64,000 nucleotides of DNA from Phycisphaeraceae bacterium (GTDB lineage Bacteria; Planctomycetota; Phycisphaerae; Phycisphaerales; UBA1924): the NCBI GenBank assembly GCA_019636845.1, contig JAHBWV010000002.1, positions 35,655-99,654 on the forward strand, written 5' to 3'. The translations under genes and the position numbers were made by a program. This document shows, in pieces, positions 28,778 to 37,544 of this stretch; positions within the stretch are counted from its first letter, which is position 1; the number at the start of each line of letters is the position of its first letter. The notes beneath the pieces were generated by a model, which was not told the origin of the DNA, did not search any database, and saw only the letters and a program-made list of their open reading frames with translations.

Positions 28778-28816
28778 GGGCAGAGGGTATCGGCTGGGCG
28801 GAGCTTGGAATACGAA

Positions 28817-28860
28817 GAGAACACAGAGGACGCGGAGGAATCAGAGGACCGCGGAGGAAG
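28817..28860 (-). repeat. Family B repeat cluster (inverted orientation) left of the RAYT gene
   Basis: The plus strand reads gagaacacagaggacgcggaggaatcagaggaccgcggaggaag. This is the reverse complement of cttcctccgcggtcctctgattcctccgcgtcctctgttctc-type units. Confidence 0.5.
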
Positions 28861-29148
28861 CCAAGAGCACTCACCACTCGGCTCGCAGAGGCATGCGCAA
28901 GAGCGGAACCCGCAGGGAGACAGGGTGAGAAAGGATCAGAAGGAAAGGCACGAGAGCGACACAGGCGTTCCGCCGCGGAGCGGCGTGCGGCGGTTGCCAG
29001 CGGTCAGTGAGGGGTGGAGCCCCGAGCGCAACCCCTGGAAGGCGGCTTCAACTTTCTCCGCTGTTCGTTGCTCCTTCCTTTGATCGCTCCGGCAGGGGCA
29101 AGCGGTGAGCGCATCGGGATCAGGCATGCTCTGGCGCGGGAGGATCTC

Positions 29149-29595
29149 ATGCCAAGCACATGGTCACAGGTTCTGCTGCACATTCTTTGTTCGACCAAGA
29201 GCCGCACGCCGTCGATCGAGACGGACGTTGCTGATGATCTGTATGGCTTCATCGGTGGGATCGTGCGTGATGAGGACGACATGCTGCTTGCGATTGGTGG
29301 GATGCCCGATCATGTCCACATGTTGGTGCGCTGGGGAACCGACAAAGCGATTTCTGAGTTGATGCGACATGTCAAGACACGATCTTCGCGATGGATGCAC
29401 AAATCACGCGGCGTCAGCGCGTTCGCGTGGCAGGTCGGTTATGGCGTGTTCTCCGTGAGCCAATCGCAGGCGGAGGGAGTGAAAGCGTACATCAGGAGTC
29501 AGCCGGAGCATCACGCCAAGCGATCGTTCAGAGAGGAGTTGGTGGCGCTGCTGAAGGCGCATGAGGTGGAGTATGACGAGAAGTATCTGGATTGA
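29149..29595 (+). CDS. rayT: REP-associated tyrosine transposase (RAYT; IS200-like Y1 HUH transposase)
   Basis: The HUH motif is MPDHVHMLV and the Tyr region is FAWQVGYGVFSVSQSQ. The C-terminus FREELVALLKAHEVEYDEKYLD is typical of COG1943-type RAYTs. The start is set at MPSTWSQVLLHILCSTKSR. It is a single copy with no TnpB. Confidence 0.8.
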   Translation: MPSTWSQVLLHILCSTKSRTPSIETDVADDLYGFIGGIVRDEDDMLLAIGGMPDHVHMLVRWGTDKAISELMRHVKTRSSRWMHKSRGVSAFAWQVGYGVFSVSQSQAEGVKAYIRSQPEHHAKRSFREELVALLKAHEVEYDEKYLD

Positions 29596-29653
29596 GGCTG
29601 GAGGTTGCCGCGTGCCCCTGCTGGGGCGCGCGGAGAAAAGAGGAAGGGGATGT

Positions 29654-29683
29654 GGCGCCGCTTTCCAGAGCATGCGCGGTGCC
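29654..29683. repeat. Degenerate REP-like hairpin right of the RAYT gene
   Basis: GGCGCCGCTTTCCAGAGCATGCGCGGTGCC. Its core CCAGAGCATGC (29665-29675) is the inverted copy of GCATGCTCTGG (29124-29134), which lies 15 nt upstream of the RAYT ATG. Confidence 0.45.
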
Positions 29684-29893
29684 TGACCGTAGGGGGCGGC
29701 ACGCGCTGACCCCTGGTAGCCGCGGCTGAACAAAAACGGATACCCGTCGGGTCTCATGAACATCGCGCCGCTCGCTGAACCCGACCCCCTCCCCCTCGAC
29801 CTCTTCGTCCCCACTCCCCCCCCACGCCCCCCACCCCTATCCCCCTTCCCACCAACCACTTCCAACAATCTTCCACATACCAAACAAAACCCA

Positions 29894-29922
29894 TTGACAG
29901 ACCAAAGCCCATGACGTACATT
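29894..29922 (+). promoter_or_regulatory. Near-consensus sigma70-type promoter
   Basis: TTGACA (29894-29899), a 17-nt spacer, then TACATT (29917-29922). The ORF ATG at 29933 lies only 10 nt after the -10, which implies a leaderless or near-leaderless mRNA. Confidence 0.5.
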
Positions 29923-29932
29923 ACCCGTACTC

Positions 29933-30982
29933 ATGGTCGCCCACACCGCGACAACTCCCGGCTCCACCGCCACCGACCCGCCTCGGGTCAGCGCTCCCTC
30001 TGCTCCATGTTGTTCTCCACCACGCCACACACTCGACGATGCGGAGTGGGCCGACCCGCGCGACCGCCGCGCTACGCACGACGCGCGTTTCCTCGACGAC
30101 GCCCCTTCCCCCTCTTCTCCTGATTCGTCTCCTCCGTGGCCCTCCGTGGCCCTCTGTGGTGAACCCGCCTCTTCCCCGTCTCCCTCCGCGTCCTCCGCGG
30201 CCCTCCGCGTTGAGTCCTCTTTCGCTTCGCCTTCCCGCACCATCCCCTTCAACCCCTCCCCCGAACAACTCCACGATGTCCTCAACGACATCGTCTCTCC
30301 CTACGCCTCGCTCGTGGACGTCGCCGCCAACAACAACACCACCGTCCACGCCCTCAGCGCGTGGATCGCCCTCAGCGAGACCCAGGCCATGCTCGACCAG
30401 ATCGAGCAGGCCGCCTACCGCCGCGCCCGCGTCTCCGCCGCCTGCCTCCTCACCGACGCCGTCAACTCCCTCTCCTTCACCCTCCGCGCCCACGTCGATG
30501 CCGAGAGCAACGAACCCCTCGGCCGCTCCACCGAAGCCCTCCACATCCGCCAACGCCAGCGCACCGACGCCCGCAAGGCCTCCTGGCTCCTCTACCGCAT
30601 CGCCCGCGCCTACCCCGCCATCCCCATCGATCCCAACACCCTCCGCTTCATCCACACTCTCAAACGCGAACGCGACGAGCAGCTGTCTCATAGAACCTCT
30701 CGCGTCAGCGAGCGGACCGCCTCTCGGGTGCCACTGGTTCCCGCCGAGCGCAGCGAGGTGGAACCAGTGCATCACGCGCACAACTCCGCGTCTGACGCAC
30801 TCCACGACCTCCCCCTCGCATCGTCGCTCCACGACGATACGGACTCAACCCCGAACGTCAGCGAGCGGACCACTTCTTCTCCGTGGCCCTCTGTGGCCCT
30901 GAGTGGTGAGACTTCCCGCTCGCGTCCCCCAGCACCTTCCACTTCCGCCTCCGGCGCTCCCCCTCCCCCCGCCGCGGCGTGA
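29933..30982 (+). CDS. Hypothetical protein; only the central ~215 aa look like genuine coding sequence
   Basis: There is strong C-ending codon bias in this frame from about 30216 to 30690 (FNPSPEQLHDVLNDIVSPYASLVDVAANNNTTVHALSAWIALSETQAMLDQIEQAAYRRA...). The N- and C-terminal parts are low complexity and are built from family B repeats. The true start and stop are uncertain. Confidence 0.4.
   Translation: MVAHTATTPGSTATDPPRVSAPSAPCCSPPRHTLDDAEWADPRDRRATHDARFLDDAPSPSSPDSSPPWPSVALCGEPASSPSPSASSAALRVESSFASPSRTIPFNPSPEQLHDVLNDIVSPYASLVDVAANNNTTVHALSAWIALSETQAMLDQIEQAAYRRARVSAACLLTDAVNSLSFTLRAHVDAESNEPLGRSTEALHIRQRQRTDARKASWLLYRIARAYPAIPIDPNTLRFIHTLKRERDEQLSHRTSRVSERTASRVPLVPAERSEVEPVHHAHNSASDALHDLPLASSLHDDTDSTPNVSERTTSSPWPSVALSGETSRSRPPAPSTSASGAPPPPAAA
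30128..30210 (+). repeat. Family B repeat cluster
   Basis: tctcctccgtggccctccgtggccctctgtggtgaa, followed by further cctccgcg units. Confidence 0.5.
30877..30910 (+). repeat. Family B repeat
   Basis: ttctccgtggccctctgtggccctgagtggtgag. Confidence 0.5.
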
Positions 30983-31286
30983 ACACTCCTCCCATCCGAC
31001 CAACGTCTGGACCACCCCTCCCCGAGGGTCTACTGTTCTCTTCCCACGGGTCGGACGGAGTCCGGCTTCTGGGGCGTTCGGGTTGAGGCGGCCGCTTTCC
31101 AGCGGCGGCACCGGCCCGAGCGAAGAGCACACAAGTCTGCCGGCTTCATGGAAGGCCGGCCCGCCCCGCCCGGCAGGCGGCGAACCGAACCCCCATCCGG
31201 GCTGGCGAAGTGGCACATGCCATCGCTCGACCGGAACCAGGGCCAGAACCGTTTAGCGCCGGAAGCGTCCGGCGGAGGCAGATCCG

Positions 31287-31724
31287 ATGATGCGTCGTCA
31301 GACTTACATGGCAAAGAACGGCGAGGTGCCCCGCACCTGGCGCGTGGTCGATGCCGAGGGGCAGTCGCTCGGCCGCCTCGCCGTTGATGTGGCCACCGTG
31401 CTCATGGGCAAGCACCGCCCGGAGTACACCCCCCACGTCTTCTGCGGCGATCCGGTCGTCGTCACCAACGCCTCAAAGGTAGTGCTCACGGGCAAGAAGG
31501 CGCAGCAGAAGGTTCGCAAGCACTACACCGGCTACATCAGCGGCCTGAAGACCGAGACCTACGAGTCCGTCATGCAGCGGCGTCCCGAGACGCTGATCGA
31601 GGACGCGGTGCGGCGCATGCTCCCCAAGAACCGTCTCGGGCGCGTGATGATGAAGAACCTGAAGGTGTACAGCGGCACCGATCACCCCTACGCCGACAAG
31701 GGCCTGAAGGCGTTGAACGCCTGA
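31287..31724 (+). CDS. rplM: 50S ribosomal protein L13
   Basis: RTWRVVDAEGQSLGRLAVDVATVLMGKHRPEYTPHV...GDPVVVTNASKVVLTGKK aligns with bacterial L13. Confidence 0.93.
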   Translation: MMRRQTYMAKNGEVPRTWRVVDAEGQSLGRLAVDVATVLMGKHRPEYTPHVFCGDPVVVTNASKVVLTGKKAQQKVRKHYTGYISGLKTETYESVMQRRPETLIEDAVRRMLPKNRLGRVMMKNLKVYSGTDHPYADKGLKALNA

Positions 31725-31786
31725 GTGTCACACACGAACGAATCACCAGCGCGCCCTGTCGGGCGTGAAGAGGAACGGAAGCGTCC

Positions 31787-32305
<519 letters not shown>

Positions 32306-32311
32306 TCCTCT

Positions 32312-32336
32312 GGTGGCACCGCTCTCCAGAGCGGTG
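32312..32336. repeat. Palindromic REP-like element, family A
   Basis: GGTGGCACCGCTCTCCAGAGCGGTG is a 9-bp perfect inverted repeat (CACCGCTCT/AGAGCGGTG). It lies 7 nt after the rpsI stop. Confidence 0.55.
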
Positions 32337-32361
32337 TTCCCTATCCGAAGCACACACCACC

Positions 32362-32398
32362 GATGCCCGTGCGATCTCGCGCGGGCATCGTTTCATTT
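32362..32398 (+). terminator. Rho-independent terminator of rplM-rpsI
   Basis: The stem pairs GATGCCCG (32362-32369) with CGGGCATC (32382-32389) and is followed by GTTTCATTT. Confidence 0.65.
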
Positions 32399-32450
32399 CG
32401 GGAGACGGCGTGTCGGTGTGTTGCTCGTCTCCCGTACCATTCGCCCCGTG

Positions 32451-33242
32451 ATGTCCGACCCGCTCCATGCTCAGTCGCTCCACGCCAGGGCTCGGCGCGT
32501 GCGCCGGTTGCGGCGGTGGGCGGTGGGTGTGGGGCTCGGGGTGGCGGCTGCGATCACCGTCGGGTGGATCGTGGTGGGCTCGATGCTGCGTGCCGCGCCG
32601 CCCTGGTGGAGGCAGGTGCGCTTGCAGGAGCAGCGGACGCACGAGATCGCAACAGAGGTTGAGAACGCGATCGGAACACATCTTCACCTTGCGCGTGAGG
32701 GAGAGAAGAAACCCGACGGCGTCTGGCGGAGCGAGCCGTGGGGCGTCTCGATTCCGTCGTCGGATGCGAACGCGTGGCTGAACGCGAGATTGCCGAAATG
32801 GCTGGAAACGATGGACGCGGGGTTTGAGCTGCCTCGGCTGGTCTCGGAGGTTCAGGTCGAGTTCCGCGATGGGCGGATCTCGATCGGCGGGGCGTCGGCG
32901 GGATCGGGCGAGAAGGGGGGTGGAGGCGAGGGTGAGCGGCGGATTCTTTGGGCGTCGGCGAGCGCGACGGTCGAGCCGGGGGGCGCGCTGGTGGTGGTGC
33001 TCGATCGGGTGTACGTCGGGCGGCTGCCGATCTCGCGCGGGGTGCTGGTGCAGGTGGTGGAGCGGACGGGGCTTGGGAAGGGGGAGGGTTCGGAGGCGTG
33101 GAAGGAGTTGCTGCGCGGGCGCGAGGTGCGGGTCGAGCCGGTGATGAAGCTGGAGGATGGGCGTCGGGTTCGGGTGAAGGGCCTGCGGGCGCGCGAGGGG
33201 AAGTTAGAGGTCACGTGCGTGACGGAGCATGGGGTCGGGTGA
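32451..33242 (+). CDS. Hypothetical membrane-anchored protein
   Basis: It has an Arg-rich N-terminus and one TM helix (WAVGVGLGVAAAITVGWIVVGSML). The start is ATG 32451 within ORF 32313-33242. Its last ~24 codons are duplicated at 34279-34350. Confidence 0.6.
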   Translation: MSDPLHAQSLHARARRVRRLRRWAVGVGLGVAAAITVGWIVVGSMLRAAPPWWRQVRLQEQRTHEIATEVENAIGTHLHLAREGEKKPDGVWRSEPWGVSIPSSDANAWLNARLPKWLETMDAGFELPRLVSEVQVEFRDGRISIGGASAGSGEKGGGGEGERRILWASASATVEPGGALVVVLDRVYVGRLPISRGVLVQVVERTGLGKGEGSEAWKELLRGREVRVEPVMKLEDGRRVRVKGLRAREGKLEVTCVTEHGVG

Positions 33243-33246
33243 GGGA
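33171..33246 (+). repeat. Direct repeat copy 1 (3' end of gene 32451-33242)
   Basis: About 75 bp, roughly 80 percent identical to 34279-34352. The perfect shared core is GAGGTCACGTGCGTGACGGAGCA, which contains the palindrome GTCACGTGCGTGAC. Confidence 0.7.
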
Positions 33247-33261
33247 GCGAGCGTTCGCCGC

Positions 33262-33654
33262 TCAGCGAGAGGGATTGTCTGCGCGGAGGCAGGGCCAGTG
33301 CTCGTGGCCGTCGCGCATGACTCGTGTGTAGAGCGCGCGGAGTTCGTCCGTTGGCTCGCAGCGTTCGGGCATGAAGCCGATCCAGGTCGGAAACTCGCGC
33401 AATGCGACCTCCCACAGTTCTGCGGCACGCGACTCCTGGCCGAGCACAAGGCGAGTGCGATGATGCCAGAGGAGCCGGACGTTGGTGATGCCACAGGTCG
33501 CGAACTCTTCCTCGCGATCGAAGGGTGCCTCGTCGAGCCAAGCCACCGCGTCCGAAAGGACGCAGTATCGCGGCTCGCACCCTTGCTGAGGCACAAGGTC
33601 TCTAAGGGCAGGCGCCAGCGCGAGGACTTGTTCAACCAGTCTCGAGTGAGTCAT
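33262..33654 (-). CDS. Hypothetical small protein (130 aa)
   Basis: The internal start is MTHSRLVEQVLALAPALRDLVP... within ORF 33262-33939. The composition is balanced (W, F, E, C). It overlaps the upstream gene by 23 nt. I recognise no family. Confidence 0.5.
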   Translation of the reverse strand: MTHSRLVEQVLALAPALRDLVPQQGCEPRYCVLSDAVAWLDEAPFDREEEFATCGITNVRLLWHHRTRLVLGQESRAAELWEVALREFPTWIGFMPERCEPTDELRALYTRVMRDGHEHWPCLRADNPSR

Positions 33655-34255
33655 GTATTCGTTCTGCGATGATTCGCCCGGATTCTGCGTCGAGCGTGAA
33701 GGGTGTCCATGTGTCGGTTGCCGCGATCCATCCCTCGCCTCGGACAACATCGCCATCGATGGTGACGTTGCGGATCTCGTCGGACGCGAGACGCTCGCTG
33801 ACCCACCATGTGGCATCGCTTCGAATTCCGATGAGTTCGGTGAATGTGACCAGCACGAGCGCGGATGAGGCAGGCCCGCCGACGTGGCCGACGACCTGAG
33901 GGTGCGGAATGGGCAAAGTTCGATCGGGGTGAGCGACATCGACCAGATACGCCTGTCCGAGCATGACGATGCAGCAGTGCCGTGGCGACGGCGTCGCCAG
34001 CACGTCCGAATAGTTCACCATTCCTTGGGCGAAGCGGCCGGTCCAAGAATCGTCCTGTCGGGATGTGAACCTGTACCTGTATCCCACATCAAGAGGCGCG
34101 CACGCCCCGGCCTCGTCGAAGCAAAGCACCTTGTCCGAACGTTCTTCGGATGACAGGCCGACCTCGTACTCGGGTGTCTGGAGAAAGTGCATGCGAACCC
34201 GGCCTCCCAGCTCTTTGGCAGAATACACAGGGAGGGGCGGAACGGACAACATCAA
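33632..34255 (-). CDS. Hypothetical protein (207 aa)
   Basis: ORF with protein-like composition (...YRYRFTSRQDDSWTGRFAQGMVNYSDV...WWVSERLASDEIRNVTIDGDVVRGEGWIAATDTW...). Local GC is lower than in the flanks. I recognise no family. Confidence 0.55.
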   Translation of the reverse strand: MMLSVPPLPVYSAKELGGRVRMHFLQTPEYEVGLSSEERSDKVLCFDEAGACAPLDVGYRYRFTSRQDDSWTGRFAQGMVNYSDVLATPSPRHCCIVMLGQAYLVDVAHPDRTLPIPHPQVVGHVGGPASSALVLVTFTELIGIRSDATWWVSERLASDEIRNVTIDGDVVRGEGWIAATDTWTPFTLDAESGRIIAERIHDSLETG

Positions 34256-34278
34256 TTGTGGAGAAACGATCGCGTATG

Positions 34279-34352
34279 CGGATTACGGGTCTGCGGGCGC
34301 GTGAGGTGCGGCTGGAGGTCACGTGCGTGACGGAGCACGGGGGAGGGTGAGA
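34279..34352 (+). repeat. Direct repeat copy 2: orphan 3'-end fragment homologous to the end of gene 32451-33242
   Basis: It encodes ..ITGLRAREVRLEVTCVTEHGGG*, against ..VKGLRAREGKLEVTCVTEHGVG* in copy 1. The stop is at the same position, and the differences are partly synonymous or conservative. Confidence 0.7.
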
Positions 34353-34356
34353 GTTC

Positions 34357-34653
34357 TCAACTTGGTTCGCTCTGATTGACCACTCTCTCGCGCGAGACAA
34401 GCACGCGTTTGCCTTCCCACATTTCTTCAACGCAGCGCACGTAACCGCCCGGAGGGAACGACCACAGTTCATCTGACGCGCCCGTCCTGGCCTCAGGAAG
34501 TCGGTAGACACTGCCCCCCATGGCAACCGCTTCAAGTGGCCTGATGCAGTCAACGCCTTCGTTGAGCAAGATCACATTCACCGCACGCGTGCGGTCCACG
34601 CGTTTCAGTATGCCAGTCCTTAGCCGGATCTGCAAACCGAAGCCCGAGAACAA
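34357..34653 (-). CDS. Hypothetical small protein (98 aa)
   Basis: ORF with plausible composition (...LNEGVDCIRPLEAVAMGGSVYRLPEARTGASDELWSFPPGGYVRCVEEMWEGKRVLV...). I recognise no family. Confidence 0.4.
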   Translation of the reverse strand: MFSGFGLQIRLRTGILKRVDRTRAVNVILLNEGVDCIRPLEAVAMGGSVYRLPEARTGASDELWSFPPGGYVRCVEEMWEGKRVLVSRERVVNQSEPS

Positions 34654-34722
34654 GTCACGCGAGACACATCGGTTTCACGCGCCGGCAACGAAGAGCATCG
34701 CGGTCAAGTTAACTGGGCCCGC

Positions 34723-37257
34723 TCAGAACGGCAGGTCGATGGAGAAGGAGAAGAGGCGTTCTTCGTCGCCGTCCTGTTTGATGATGGGGAAGCCGAAGTC
34801 GAAGGCGAGGTCGAAGGGGGAGAGCTGCGGGATGTAGAGGCGGACGCCGAGTCCCACGGCGACGCGGTAGTCGTCGAAGCCGGGGTCGATGAGGACGGTG
34901 CCGCTGTCGACGAAGCCGACGACGGAGATCATGTCTCCGAAGACGGGTTGTTTGATCTCGGCTCCGGCGAAGAAGGACCAGAGTCCGCCGACCGGATCGT
35001 CTGAGGGCTCACCGTTGTCGTTGCGGATGCCTTTGGGTGAGACGGTGCGGAAATCGAATCCGCGGAAGGAGCGGCCGCCGAGGTAGTAGCGTTCGTACAC
35101 GGGGACATCGCCCCGGTTCTGTGGGATGTAGTTTGCGGCGAGGTTGAGCGAGAGGATGGTCTTTCGTCCGAGTGCGTCTTCGCGGACTTTGAAGAAGGTT
35201 GTGTAGTCGGCTCCGAGTTTGGTGAAGTCGTAGTCGCCACCGAGGATGCCGACCTGTTCGGCGGAGAGGACGACGCGTGTGCCCTTGGAGGGGCGGAAGA
35301 TGTTGTCGTAGGTGGAGCGTGTGAGATTGAATCCGAGGCCGGTGATGGCGGCCTGATCGGCGAACTCGAAGACCTCTGTGGGCTGGTCTTCGTCGATGTC
35401 GGAGAGTTCGACGGATTCGAGGCGCATGCTGAGGTTGCCGGTCCAGCGTGTGCCGAAGCGTCGTCCGAAGCCGATGCGTGTTCCGTATCGCTCTTCGTCG
35501 TAGTCGCTGAAATCGCGGTCGCGGTAGTAGGCGGAGATGGAGGCGGAGTAGTCCGAGTCGAAGAGCGCGGGATCGGAGAGTGAGATCGAGTAGGTCTGGA
35601 CCTCAGTGCCGGGGAGGGCCTCGATGCGGAAGGTCTGGCCCGCGCCGCGGAAGGCGCGTCCGCTGAAGAACTCGCTGGCGGTGTCGGGTGTGTCGAAGAG
35701 GTCGAAGTTTCGCTGGGTGAGTGAGATGCTGCCGGCGACGCCGGAGTCGGAGCTGGTGACGACGCCGAAGCCGAGCGCGCCGGTGTTGGTCTCGGTGACT
35801 TCGACGAGGACGTCGCGGTAGGCCGGGTCGGCGCGGTCGGGTCGTTGTGGCGTGACCTTGACCGGGTTGGAGAGGCCGTCGAAGACGCGCGTGTTGGTGA
35901 TGAGGCGCTGGGACTCGTCGATGGCGACCGTGTTCAGGGGCCTGTCGGGCTTGATCTCCATGTTTCGGAGAACGACGTTGCCCTTGGTGAGATCGTTGCC
36001 CTGGATCTCGATGATGCCGGTCTTGAAGCGAGAGCCCTCGGCGATGGTGAGGAGCAGATCGACCTCGGGGCTGTCGGTCGAGCGTGGGTCGTAGCGGCGG
36101 ATGCGGGCCTCGGTGTAGCCCATCTGGCCGTACGCGCTGCGGATGGATTCGACGGAGTCGTTGATCTTCCGGACGGAGTACGCGTCGCCGGGTTTGACGG
36201 ACATGTGGGCGACGATCTGGTCGGGGGGCATGAGCCCGTCGGAAGTGACGAGCCAGCCGCGGGGGCGGAAGGGGTCTTGCACGACGCGTTCGAGTGGTCC
36301 GAGGTCGGCGATGGCTTCCTGTTCGGAGTCGAATTCGCGTGAGCGTTCGACATAGAGGACGCGGACGTTTCTGAGGGTGTAGAGGCGTCCTTCGGAGATG
36401 ACGAAGGTGACGATGGCTTCGCGTCCGTTGGGTGCGATGCGGATGCTTGGCGCGACTTCGACGTCGAGATAGCCGCGGTCGCGATAGAACTCGACGAGGG
36501 CGCGTGTGTCGGCGTCGAGCTGATCGTCGTCGATGGCTCCGGTGCGGAAGATGGGGAACGAGGGGCGGGTCTTGACCGCGGAGCCGAGCTCGCTGGGTGT
36601 GAAGGAGAGGTTTCCTTCGTAGCGGATCTCTGCGGCGCGGACGCGTTCGCCCTCTCGGATTCGGAAGAGGACGATGCCCTGCTCTTCGAGCGATTGCTCG
36701 TCCCATGTGGCCTGGACGAGGTAGTAGCCCTTCTTGCGGTACATGTCCTCGATGCGGCGTGCGGCGCGGTCGAGGACGAGCGAGTCGACGGGGGTGCCGA
36801 CGACGGCTTCGACCTGCTCGGCGATTTTGGAGTCGGGGAACTTGGTGTTGCCGACGGCCTGGACGTCTTTGACGATGGGCTGGGGGATCACGTCGTAGGA
36901 GACGATGACGCTGCCGTCTTCCATGAGCTGGGCGCGGGTCTCGATGCGCCGGAATCGTCCGAGGCGGTTGAGTCGGGAGATGTCTTCGGCGGCGGTTTGC
37001 TGGCGGTAGGGGCGGCCGCGTTGGAGACGGATGTTGGCGCGGACGAGACGCTCGAGGTCGGCGTCCAGGGCTTCATCGACGCGCTGGCCGTCCTTGATCG
37101 CGGGGCGGGTGACGCGGATCTCTCGGATGGGGCGGCCGTCGTACGCGCCGGGCTCGGCGGCGACGCTCTGGGCTTCGGCGCGCAGAGCGAACGGGGCGAT
37201 GGGGAGCCCGGAGACGATCGGCAGGATGGAGAGCCCGAAGATCCGGGCGGCGCGCAT
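34723..37257 (-). CDS. bamA: Outer membrane protein assembly factor BamA
   Basis: The signal peptide is MRAARIFGLSILPIVSGLPIAPFALRAEAQ. It is followed by POTRA repeats and a C-terminal beta-barrel ending ...FSFSIDLPF. The 285 codons upstream in ORF 34723-38112 are P/R/T-rich and are not part of the gene. Confidence 0.9.
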   Translation of the reverse strand: MRAARIFGLSILPIVSGLPIAPFALRAEAQSVAAEPGAYDGRPIREIRVTRPAIKDGQRVDEALDADLERLVRANIRLQRGRPYRQQTAAEDISRLNRLGRFRRIETRAQLMEDGSVIVSYDVIPQPIVKDVQAVGNTKFPDSKIAEQVEAVVGTPVDSLVLDRAARRIEDMYRKKGYYLVQATWDEQSLEEQGIVLFRIREGERVRAAEIRYEGNLSFTPSELGSAVKTRPSFPIFRTGAIDDDQLDADTRALVEFYRDRGYLDVEVAPSIRIAPNGREAIVTFVISEGRLYTLRNVRVLYVERSREFDSEQEAIADLGPLERVVQDPFRPRGWLVTSDGLMPPDQIVAHMSVKPGDAYSVRKINDSVESIRSAYGQMGYTEARIRRYDPRSTDSPEVDLLLTIAEGSRFKTGIIEIQGNDLTKGNVVLRNMEIKPDRPLNTVAIDESQRLITNTRVFDGLSNPVKVTPQRPDRADPAYRDVLVEVTETNTGALGFGVVTSSDSGVAGSISLTQRNFDLFDTPDTASEFFSGRAFRGAGQTFRIEALPGTEVQTYSISLSDPALFDSDYSASISAYYRDRDFSDYDEERYGTRIGFGRRFGTRWTGNLSMRLESVELSDIDEDQPTEVFEFADQAAITGLGFNLTRSTYDNIFRPSKGTRVVLSAEQVGILGGDYDFTKLGADYTTFFKVREDALGRKTILSLNLAANYIPQNRGDVPVYERYYLGGRSFRGFDFRTVSPKGIRNDNGEPSDDPVGGLWSFFAGAEIKQPVFGDMISVVGFVDSGTVLIDPGFDDYRVAVGLGVRLYIPQLSPFDLAFDFGFPIIKQDGDEERLFSFSIDLPF

Positions 37258-37544
37258 CTTCACAGAGCGGGGACAATAGCCAGCCAGACCCGAACCCACA
37301 AACACAACACAGACTGAACGGGCGGGTACGAGTTTTGGTGCGTGATGGAAAGCAAGACCCTGTCTTGGGTTGCGGCGTGATGCGGCGTGGAGGTGGGGGT
37401 GTGTCGAAGCGCTTGAAACTGGAGCAGGGCCGTTGTGTGGATGGTGTGTGTGTATCTGGCGGGGTTGCGTGCTGACCCTCAAGGACCTACCGTTTCGGCC
37501 CCCGACACTGTGTTCCCCCGGATTTGGTGATGCGATGCGGGTGA

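Noticed and set aside
29404-30832. Minus-strand ORFs 29404-30291 and 29921-30832
   Set aside because: They are G/R/E-rich translations of the repeat clusters (FTTEGHGG, EDAEGDGEE) and antisense to the better-supported plus-strand frame.
33243-34352. Calling the repeat-bracketed cassette a mobile element
   Set aside because: There is no integrase, transposase or terminal inverted repeat inside it, and the direct repeats are only about 80 percent identical. I report it as an observation and have not annotated it as a mobile_element.
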